Source of the DNA: Thalia democratica
Lineage: Eukaryota
Length of the DNA: 64,000 nt
Assembly (NCBI GenBank): GCA_965202585.1
Contig: OZ241833.1
Coordinates: 37,944,001 to 38,008,000 of the forward strand
Reading direction: 5' to 3'
Both the position numbers and the translations under genes were made by a program. Below are positions 1-12,000 of the stretch, piece by piece. Under the pieces are notes generated by a model. It did no database searches and was not told where the DNA came from. It worked only from the letters and a program-made list of their open reading frames with translations. The first letter of the stretch is position 1, and every line of letters begins with the position of its first letter.

Positions 1-54
1 ACGTTTAAAGGTAACAAAACATCTGACTAACTGTTTCAATTTTTTATCACGCAG

Positions 55-3000
55 CAGGCTCAAGTGCAGAAGCATAACTACCAACAACAGCAACAGCAGC
101 AAGCGAAACAGAACAACATTTTCAAGAAGAGCGCAATGCAGCAGCAGGAGAATGGAATGAAGAGTGATCAGCAGAAGCAGGAACATGAGAAAGAACGTTC
201 GTTGAATAAAATATATATTTTTATTTTTTACTTTTTTTTAAGTTTAATAGGATATTTTTCAGTATATATTAAACTTCTTAACTTATTCTGTACACAACTA
301 AACTAAAGTTATGATTTTAACATATTAGAAGCTTGATGATGAGTTTAAGTTTAATATTTGAAAAAAATAAACAGTTAATGAGGTTGAGTTTGTGGAGTTC
401 AAAAAATGAAACCAGCTCGTTTATGTGGTTTTTATAAACAAAAAGTAATTATAATAAACTTTGCTTTATCAGTTTGTACAGCTTGACCTTAGTGTTTTTT
501 TCGACCTTTTAATAAACTTAAACTAATATATTAAAGTCTTAAACATATTATTTTATTTGAGTAACATACTTGGTAGCTTCCAGGCTTTTCCTATCTTAAC
601 GGAATGACTATTTTCTTTAAACATTACAAATTTACTAAAGAAGCTCCTTCTAAAACTTCAAAATTTTTTAAAACTAATTTTCCGCAGAAGAGAACAAACT
701 GTTTGAGGAGCTCATGGAGGAGCTGAACAAGGAAATAGAAACCAGCAAACCTGCGAACAGGGGGAACCACCTGGCCGGACCCGGCGTGAGTGTCGTGAGT
801 TGAAAGTTGATTTTATTAAGGAGAGAAAAAAAACGTGCGTTTGTACCATCGTAAAAATGTTGAGCGCTTACAAGCATTTTTTAATCAACCTTTTAAAAGG
901 TTGGTTACATCTTGTACACTTATGTATTTTAGTTGCGGGATTTTTATTGTTTTCGCAACTTAGTTTTAAACACGCAAAACTTTGAACTTTAAAAAGATTT
1001 TTTCACACAGTTTTGTTAACCTTTAGTAAAAGACTTAAACCACCATTTGGTCTACTGGGAATTTATTTTAATTTTTACACTGCTTTTAAACTCATAAAAA
1101 ATTGTAAATTCAGCCTTAGAGGACTTGTTACCACTAGTTTTCTTTTTGTGTTTTTCTTTCTTGGATAAAGGTACCATTTATGTTAAACTATATAATTCTA
1201 AATCTTTAAAACTTAACAGGTTTTATTAAAACTTCTTGCAGATCTAGTTAAAATAATTTACCAATATTTCTTTTTGTTTTTACTCCTTTTTCATAACAAA
1301 TCTAAGCAAAAAGTAGACTATTATTAACTCTGGTAATTATTTTTTTACCGATTTTTTAATTTACAGTCCGGAAACGCAACTGAGTATTTTCCTCCGGAGC
1401 TCAACGATTTAAATTTGTGCCCGCTGGTCTCCGTGAACACATCTCTGGAAGACCTTTGCAAGGAAGTTTGTTGTATTTTTATATATTTTTTTTTAAATAT
1501 AGGTTTTAGTAAGTTCTGCATATTTTTACGAACCAATTTTAGAAATTGCTTCGAAAAGATTTTTTTTTAGCTCTTTCAAAAAGGTTAAGTGTTTGTGTTA
1601 AAAAGTTATACTTTTCCATCAACGCAACCTAATACGTAACAAAATAATTTTCTGCACGAATTGAAACTTGCAACTCAACCGCTCGCACACTTAAACTGTT
1701 CTCACCTAAACAATAACACGTTTCGTTTTTACAAATTAGAACAAAAACCAACAGGAAAGCATCAAGAAGGCGCCCACCCCTCATTCACAGAGAACGACCC
1801 CGTTGAGCCTTCCCAACCGGTCCCCACTCGTCCAGCAGGTCAACCAGGAGGTGAAGGTCAACCAGAACGGGATGATCGGCGGGATGAACAAGCTGCAGCA
1901 GGTTTTTAACTTGTCAACCTTTTTTTGGTTTTGTTTTTAACTTACTTTCGCCCTCTTGTTTCATGATAAACCTTTGAGGTTTTTGTTCAAACACCTTCAG
2001 TTGCGTTACTATTAACCATTAAGTTAGGTCAGTTTTAAACTTTAGAATAAAAATAAAACTTTGTTTTCTTTTGTTTTGTAAAAGCTAAAGACATTTAATT
2101 ATGTTCAATCTTTTAACAAAATTATATCATACTTTATATTAACCAAAAAGTCTTACACACCACCAAACTGATTTTTACGAACACAGCAGAGCAGAATGCA
2201 GCAAATGAACGCTTCGAACCAGCAGGCCAGCCAAAAGCAGAAGATGATTCAAATGAACCAATCAGCGCAGATGCAGATGAACCAGCCGGCCAATCAGAGG
2301 GCGCAGCAGCTTCAGTCGCAGCAGATGATGAGCGGCAGCCCTCAGCAGCAGCAACTGCAGAATCCCACCAACACCAGCAAGTACATAGAAAAGTGAGTGG
2401 CTTTTCTGTACCCCTGTAGACAAAACGTTAATCTGCGTCCGTGGTGTGCAAATCGATAACTGAAAAGTTTTTTTGTAAATAAAAGGTCCTTGGATCAGTC
2501 GTTGTGAGCGCTTCTTTGACGTTTGATAAACAATTATAAATAAAGGTGTGTATTTGACCGTACAAATCTTGTAAAATTTTGTATATCAGATTTATAACTT
2601 TGGAAAAAGTGAGAAACTGTATTTAGTCTAATTCTTTTTTTGTACTGTTCTTTAAACTAGAAAAAAATATCCTTATTTTTTTTATTTTAAGGTAATTAAC
2701 TACTAAACAAAAAACATAACAACTAACCTTAATACAGTTTGAACTAAAAATGATAAACTGTATGTACTTAAACCTTCTTTTGACACCGTTTCTTACTCTA
2801 GAAACTCTTCTATCAAACTTTTTTGCTGCTAAAATAAATAAAAAAAAAACAGATAAAAAACTATTAGCAAATTTCTCACACAGTTTAAGACAGTTTGGTA
2901 CAAGTAATAATTAGTTATACTTTTATAAACATAAACAGTTAACAAGTTTTTTACTCTAGTTTGGAGCAAACCGTGAACACCTCGCTTGAGAGGTCCGTCC

Positions 3001-6000
3001 CCATGTCACCCATGAAGCAAATGGTCGACTCTATGACGTCACAGTCGCCCGTCATGACGTCACAGTCACCCAGCATGACGTCGCAGATATCGCAGATGCA
3101 GCAGCAGCGTCAGATGCGCATCGGGCAGAACGTCGTTTCTCCCCAGCAACAGATGACGTCACAGAGCCCGTTCATGCAGCAGAAGAGCCCCCAGATGACG
3201 GCGCCCTCCCCCGGCAACCACCACCCCGGTAACCAGGTTGCCAGGGGCCAGATGATGGCGCAGGGGGCGAGGGTTTACCAACAGGGTATTCCCCAACAGC
3301 AGGGAGGGGAGTTCCCGCAAGTGTCCGCCGCTGAGATGATGAGGAGAGGTTTGAATTGCTCGATTTATTTCAATTGGTTTTTTTAAGTGTATATTTTTAA
3401 CTATTTTTTAGCTATATAAGTAAAACTGATAAAAAGATATTTAAAGTTTTTTAGTTAAAATATGTGTATAACTAAAACTAGAGGGTGTTGGTGACCCAAT
3501 ATTCAAAGGTTTAGTTTGGTCTGTCTGGTCATCTGAGTTCAGATTGACGACCAGACTTTTTGTTCACACTTTTCCTGCAGGCGGTGCGATGCCTCAGGGC
3601 GTTTACGGCCTACTGCTGGCGAAACCTTACTGTTAAGATTCGACATGGTAATTTTTTTATACAAGGCCTAATAATACAAGGTACCACTTAATTAATATGT
3701 GTACTAGGCATGACAATTTTGTTAAAAATGCTCTATATAGGAATTTGATTGGACAAAAAGAAAGAAATTACACACTAGTAAAAAACAAGTATCTTTAGAA
3801 AATAATAATGTATTTTTAATACACACACAAGAAAGATTTTTTTTAATGTCTATTGTCTAGGTAGCATGCAAAATATTAAATAGTAAACTTTTTTTAAGTT
3901 TTTTTATTTCGAATTTTAAATTTAATTAGTCTTAGGAGCTGTAGATAAACATGTGAAAAACCTAAAAAATGTTAGAAGTATTTACTATAAATAGAATTAA
4001 TTGCAGAACTACGCGTAATTTGGCACACATGCTTCTCTTAAAGCGTGTGAAAAAATTTTGACCTAAAAGTTTACTAATTTAAAAAAATAATATTAGAAAA
4101 GTCAGTTGACCAAAGTTTAACAGTTCAATTTAATTTATTTTCGAAACGAAAGTATGAAAATCAAAACTTTGCTATCAAAATTTCAAATAGTCTTTGGAAA
4201 AATTTTACTTTTCACCAACTCATAGTAATCTCAGTACCATGTTAAATGTTTTAACATTCAGAAAGTTAAAAATTGTTTTAAATTCACAAAAAAAAGACTT
4301 ATACCGAAAGGTGTGTTTTCGGCGCGCCCAGTTTGATTGAGAGACTGCATCCGAAAATTTTGTTAATCTCGAAGACATTTACTACTTAATGGAACAATTT
4401 TTATGTGAATTGACGTGTGCTATTTTTACAGAAAACTTGAAGAAGATGAGACATGAGGAAGAGATGAAGAAAAGAATGCAAATTCAAAGCATGCAAGCAG
4501 GGTATGTTGTTTTATTGGAATAAGTGTATAATTGTTAAAATTGTAATAAAAATTTGTGTTTTTCGTTTATTTCTGTTTTATATAGTGCTACTAATTGATA
4601 ATGTGCTAATAGAAAGTATTTTTCTAACCTTTAAAAAAACTGATATGTGTTTGAATTTAAAAAATAAAACTTGTACTAACTTGTTTATTAAAACCTTCCA
4701 TGTTGCACTACTAATGATTTATCCGGTCATGTTTTCTTTATTACTGTTCAAAATTTAAAGCAGCGCAAGAATGACAAAATGTAATTTAATTTTATAAAAT
4801 CATATGTATATAATTTAATATTCAAACTTTAATTGACAAGACGCGTGCTCAATCACTGGTTTGATTTATTTGCGATTGATTAGGTAAGATTACTTTATTA
4901 AAAGTTAATTCGCAGCAGCAATGTTCAAATTGTAAATAAACATCTGTGACTGTGAGTTTTAATTGTTAAAAACAACATTGCTGACTAAATAAGCTGAATG
5001 TTTTAAGCAACAAAACACTTATTGGAAATTTCAAACAAAAAATGTTCAACAATTTTTTTTTATTATATTTTATCATGCGTTGTAAAACCGTTTACTTAAA
5101 ATAAACTGGGAATTTTTTCTTAAAAAGAACTAGAGTATTAGTAGAAAGTAGAGTATCAATGTGTTTGCAAACAGCAATTCTTAATTTTGTACACTGTGAG
5201 CAAAATTTTTTTGCTTAGTTTCTCTAGGTAAACGAATTCGAATGCTAAAGAAGTCACTTTACAGAACAATATGGCATTTATTAAACTTTTAAAATTATCT
5301 GTATCTAAACACTTGTGAGCTACTCTAGGTATTTTTTAGTCTTTATTTTTACTTTTAAGTCCTTAGTTTTGCACAACAGCTCATATGTTACTGCAAAAAA
5401 CACCAATGTTGATAGATTAGTAATAGGTTTCAAATATTTAAGTAAAACATGGGAACTATCAATGCTTTTGGGCGACAATGTTAGCACAATCTATATAAAA
5501 ACAAACAAATTTAGTTAATAATAATTTCAGGATAATTAATAATAATAAATAATTATAGACAATTAATAACAGATAATTAATAATATACAATTATTAAAAC
5601 AAATTTAAATAATTCCAGGATGGTCCGACCAGCAACCGGTGGAAGGATGATGCAGAACGGCATGGTCGTGACAAACGGTTCCAACGGACAGCAAATGGTC
5701 CAAGCAAATGGTGTTAATGGTCAGAATGGCGCGTACCCGGTCATGCAGAACGGCGTGAGGGCCGGGTTCGCCAAGACCCAAGCTCAGAAAGGTAAAACAA
5801 ACAGCAGAAATGTTTTTTTTTTTGTTTTAAAAAGACATAGAATTATTATTAGAACTGTTGCTTGTTGTTTATGAACACTTTTTTTATGATTTTATAACTT
5901 CAAAATTGAAAGACCTAGACTCAAAAAGATTTAAAAGTCAAAATTACACATAGTTTCACTAACATATTGTTTTAAGTTTGCGGTTTTGTGCTTTCTTTTT

Positions 6001-9000
6001 TAAAAGGCATAATAAATATATGAACCAAACTGTTTTACCTAAAAGTTATGTTCAGTTTATCTGCTCCTTACTTAATAGATAATTTCCTCTGATTAAAAAA
6101 AAATAGTGCAAGGCTCGTTTAGTTTTTTTCATTACGAACTCAGTTTACAACTATAAAGTTTTATTGGAGCAAAAAAAGTCTTTTGTGGTTGCTCAAACAT
6201 GTGATTGTGTACACATATTTTTAAAGAACACAAAACTTCTATTTAAAAAATTACTGAAAGTGTTTTTGTATAATGTAAAGTTTAACTTTTTTTTAAGTTT
6301 CATTCTTAACGCGTATTTTTTCATCTTTAACACATTTAGAATAAGTATATTTTTTTTACATTTAAATACTACAAAAGACATTTCAAATAGAGATTTTTTC
6401 CTTTTTTTTAAACTAAGGACGTTTCAACTTTTTTCCACTATAATTCACTAATGACGTTTCAACTTTTACTTCTTTTTTGCAAAAAAATGACGTTTGTATT
6501 TTTTCCATCATAACTTAATAACGACGTTTCAACAGAGGCGATGATGCGGCAGCGAGTGACAAACCAACAGCAGCAGATCGGCCAGCAGATGTCGCAAATC
6601 CCGCCCAACGTCACCATGCCGACGTACAACTCCCGCATCAACGGGCAGGTTTGTGACGTCACGATAATACTTATGACGTTGATACGTCGCTTTAGAGATG
6701 TTACACCAAAGTTGAAAAATACGTTTCGTTGTAACTGTGAAAACTACTTAACATGCAGTTCATTGTATTAAAAATATACAGAAATGTTACTGTGAAATTT
6801 GCAACTTTTATATTTTGTTATTGTTGTATTTCCCTCGCTTTCAACAAGACGACAGAATAACGGATGAAAAATAAAGTTACTAAAGTAATTCAAAAATAAA
6901 ACATTTTTGCCTTACTTTATAAATGTTACATCCAAGTTAAAAAAAAACTTGTGTTCAATTACGATGCAGCTTGTTGAAAAAGTATAGTTTCCAAGTATCC
7001 AGTATAACAAAAACTAAAATGATTTTTTCAAGAAAACAAGCTTGATCTGTTGAACAATTCATAAAAACTAAAGTTTCACGTAAAACCATTCACTGTCATT
7101 GAAAATTTGCGTTAAAATAAAATGAAAAAATTTGCTGAGTGAAAATACTTACAATAAACTATTTTTTTATCCATGTTTTGTTGTAATTAAGTTACAAAGT
7201 AGATTGTTGCGTCAAAATGCAAACAAAAATCAGCAACCTACGTCATAATAAGACTTGAAACAAGTGTATTACGTTACTGTGAAAACTTTCAATGTGTTTT
7301 TAAACAAAATCAAGTCATAAGTTCAACACAATTATACAGCTTTTGTAATAAAACTAAACATTAAACACTAAAACACGATTTGTTGCAAAAAGAGTGTATA
7401 TTATATATTATACAAACTTTTAACATCTTAAAAACTAGAATGATACAATTTTAACACTAGTTTGAGCAATATATTTTTGATTTTTGTTTTAGTTTAAAAT
7501 TTTTCTCCAAACATTTGTTAATGTAAATACCAAAATTCCGTTAAATAAAAGCTTAATATGCTTAATTATTTTTCTCGTAATTTTTTATAACACTATTGTA
7601 TACTACTTTACAAAGCCCAAAACACTATTTTAGTTTGTATATAATTAAACAGATAATAAAATACTTATATGTTTATTAATATCTTTGACAACATTACGAC
7701 TCATGTAGAAAGCATTAATATATATATTTCTAGTAATTATACCTTTTAAAGCAATGTTAAGTGCTTTATTTATAGAAACTTTCTAAAAATAAAAAACGAG
7801 GTAGAAACGTGTTTACAGAAATAACATTTGTTCACTAAATAGATATAAAAAGTATAAATTGAATTATTTACTAAACGACAATTAGTAATTTGTAGAAAAC
7901 CAATATGCAAAAGTGGTTCAGCAGCCTTTTTCATAAAGCATATTTACATTTAAACACTGTGTAGGCTGAGCTTTTGTAAATTAAATTCTTCTCATATTTA
8001 TGTTAAAAGTCAATTGCCTTATATTCAGCGGTTTTAGTTTGCCGAAAATAGTAACTTTTCTGAAGACCTAATAAAATTTATGCTCATTTATTTTATGTGT
8101 TGCAGCTTAGTCACAAGATGCAACTATTTTAGTCCTGTTAGTGGTTTCTTTTTAATTTTACAAGAACTGACAGAAATATATTTGTGTTAAAAAACTAGTT
8201 TTGTATTTATAGTATTGACGCAGAAGTTTTACTCAATTCAAAGGATGCTAAAAACAGTATAAGCATAAAGCTTTAAATTTTAAATAAAAACAACAACTTT
8301 TTTTTGCTTATGTTATAGTGGAGTTTTTTATATAACTATAAAAAAAAATTGTCTTTAAATTATTTCTCTATTTAAGACTAAATTTTTTTATTTATTACAA
8401 ATCAAATGGTAGCTTTAAAAACAAAGTAAATACATAAACAAAAAACAAAACAAAAACCAACATGTTTTTACAATTCACCAGCACGCAAAGTGTGGCAGCT
8501 AAAAATATTTTTATCAAGTTGTGCTGTTTGTGTGGCCTGAAATAGTTGAGAAATTTTATTTGGCTTAAAGCTAATTTTATTTCTGCACCGAAGATTGACG
8601 TTGTCTAACATAACAGCTACTTTAGCGAATTTGTGTGCTTCAGAACGAAATGTAAACGTGTTTTATTTTTTATCCAGAGTTGCAAATTTTCAAAAACTTA
8701 TAGTTTTTTAGCAAACAGTTTTTAACAATTTATTGATCGTTAGCTTAGATTAAAAACATATGTTCATTTTTTTTAATTCTCATATTGTTTCAAAAATAAG
8801 GCTATTTTTAATTTTTCAAGTTTAAAATAGTGATAAGCCCTGACTATAAAAACACTGTTATGTATTTCCTATAGAGTTGAGATTATAAAAAAATAACTCT
8901 CTGTTGTTTAAAGTTATATTGGCTTAATCCTTAAACTTTAAAAGAGAAGGTTTGAGTATGAAATACCTGCTAAAGATATGAAAAGCAAAGTCATGATAAC

Positions 9001-12000
9001 TTAACAGCAATCGAATTCAAAATAATTTCGTGAAAGAACCTGATGTAAAGAGCTAAAAGTAGTTTTAGTTGTTGCAAAACACGTAAAGGTTTTTTTCTAG
9101 TGGTAAAACTTGAGTAAAGCCTTTTAAATGGAGTTCACCGTAAGCTTTAACACTTTTTTAGAGTAAAAATACAGCTATGATAACTTACTGAAATAAAATC
9201 AATGTAGTAATAGAAGCAAAATTTATAGTTAACAGTTAACAGAATAAACAAAATGTCTAGAAAAAATATCTTGCTCTTATTTTTTTATCTTTATCTCAAA
9301 TTACTTACGTTTTGTGGGCAAGAAAAATCTTAAACTTTTGTAAGTTAAACAGTTCAACACTAAAAAACAAACAATGCACTTTTAATTTTTGTTTATGTTT
9401 TTACAAAATTGCACATACAAAGTAACAATATGCCTGTACAACTCCAAACATCCATACATCAAAAAGAATTGCTTTGATCATATGGGCACACAGAAATACA
9501 AAGTGTTTTTCCTTACATTATTCTCCATTCACGCTTATAATATAATATCTGTGTAAAGCAACAACTTGTGTGTACACACAAACATGTTTTACCTTCGAAA
9601 TGTGTGGGCTGCTAATTTGCTTCGATGCAAAACAAGTTGTGATATTTTGATTTTGATTAAAAGGTGGTACATGTGTTTTTTTAGTTTTATGAAAATTTTA
9701 CTCGTTGTAGACAGTTTAAAAACTTTAGAAAAATAAATCAAGTTAACTTTAAAACAAATTTTACCTCCGTAATGTGTAAGCTGTAAAATTAAGATATTTT
9801 AATTTTGATCTAAATCCCCTGCGGTAGCAAATAGTTATAGAATAAATTATTTCTCAAGTTCTCTTATAAATGTTTACACTTATTTTCGAACAGAATACCA
9901 TCAAGTTAATTTTAAGACACCTTTTAATTCATTAATACTTCAATTCAATCAATGCAAATATAATTGGGTTAAAACAGTCATTGAGGAGAAATAGATGTAA
10001 ATACTTCTACAAAAACTGACTCAAAAAAAAGCTAAAAACAATTAACTATAAAACAACCTTTACACATTTAATGTGTGAGCTCTCATTTTAAATCTTAGAA
10101 TATTTTTTTTTAATCACTGACAACAAATGTATGTAAGCATATCCTACATATACATACAGAAATCTACATAAATTGAAAAGTGAAAATTAAAATCGAAAAT
10201 TAAAAAAAAAATACTTTTTAACAATTTTTTACCTTCTTGATGCGTGTGGCCTTCAAACTTCTCACACAACAATTTGTTTACGGCGCGCTGGAGCGAAACG
10301 AAATATCAGCCAATCACGACAAAGCATTCTCAGACTTTCCTGCCGACCTCTGTCGCCGATATTTCCGCTCGACGGGAAACATTTTCGCTGATAAAGCGAT
10401 TTGATGTTGTTTTGATTTGCTTCTGACACGAAATTCTTGAGTGTTGATTTTTTATTGTATCTACTACTTTTATGAGAGTACACATTTTACTGAGATTTTT
10501 TCTGATAAAATGATTATGTTTAGCTTGAAAAATATTTTGACTTATTTCTGACACGAAAGTCTTGATTGTTTGTTTTTAAATTTTTCTGTCAATGAATGCA
10601 CAATGTTTTAAATCTTCAAAACCTGAATAAGTACATTTCGCCATTATCTCAATACTTTTACTGTAATCAATTATTGTTTTCCTTCGATAGCTTATTTCTT
10701 TAAATCTGTTTCATTTAACATACCTGATACAAAAGTCTTTGGCTGTCAATAAGTTAATATTCTTAGCTAGACTAACGTTTTTCTTAACTTTTAAGTTTCA
10801 GCACAATACCAACCAACAAGCTTATTTTTCTTCTTAAAATCATCTAAGTGACTCAAAGGTTTCAAAAGTTACGACAAAGCGTTTCTCAAAGACATTTTTT
10901 GTCTCTCTCTTTAATCTAACAAGACGTAAATCTTAACTACTGATAAGTGCATGCAGTTTTAGTGTGCATTGTCGGAAGCTATAAACGAAAATGCGAATTC
11001 TTTAGATGCTAAAAACTTGGTGACAATTTGTTTCCGGTTTACTTACCATACTGCTCAAGTTTGCAGAATAACTCAGCAGAAACGCATTGATACTTCGGCA
11101 TTGGCCTTGATAAGCTTTTATATCAACAATTATCAAACGCTTATGGAGCACATTCAACAAAGTCTTCTACTCAGCACTCAATTGCAGCCTTTTACAGTAA
11201 AAATTCTAATCTTTGGTTTTTAAATACTCAAGTTTGAAGTGCTCATATATACACTTTTGTTTTAATCCGAATCTTTAAACTTGCCAATAAGCTTTCTTTT
11301 TGATGTTCTAAAATTCCTGCAGAATAAGTAGCTTTGAATTTACCAACACTAAACTGTGAGATTAGTTAGATTCAATACAAAACTTGCATCATCGAATTTC
11401 AAGAAACATTAAGTTCCAACACCTTAAGTTTTGATAGTATTCAGAAAATTATGCACACCATAGCACTTGAAATATTAATATGAGAGAACAAAACGAGAGA
11501 ACAAAACGAGAGAATGGACGATGCAAACGAGAGCAGTTGAAAGCATTAAGATGTCGTACCTTATAATCAAGAGGAAATTTATCAACATTGTTTACGTTTC
11601 GATTTATTATAAGCTGGGATGATTTATGTTGAAACTTCTCATACTAAAAAGGGCGCCAAATAGAGCTATGCAAGTATTTTCTAAAGCTCTTTCTATATCA
11701 AAATTCTGCGAGTGCAATACTACTTGTGGGACAAAAAGGTGTCTTTTAAGCACGAAATATTTACTCACAAATCAAAACTCCAAGAGTTTGATGTCGGTGA
11801 TAAAAAGCAAACTAAAAGTTTAAAACAGTTGTTGATCAAAGAACTTACATAAAAAAAATCAATGAGACATCACACGGGTCATTTGAGCTATAATTTTAAT
11901 TATGCTATTACATAAATATGTGACTTAATATATTTATGTTAAAACTTTGTAATTCTCAATAATATTGTTAGTCTATGTTTAAACAAAACTTAAACCAAGT

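Noticed and set aside
4504-6451. AT-rich F/L/K/I ORFs in the track (e.g. 4504-4758, 5315-5518, 6164-6451) and similar ones elsewhere
   Set aside because: Compositional artefacts of intronic or intergenic AT-rich DNA, mostly with non-ATG starts.
10969-11223. 84-aa ORF with faint resemblance (YHTAQV..TQQK) to LINE ORF2 C-termini
   Set aside because: No RT motifs and the similarity is too weak to call; it needs a translated search against Repbase/Dfam.
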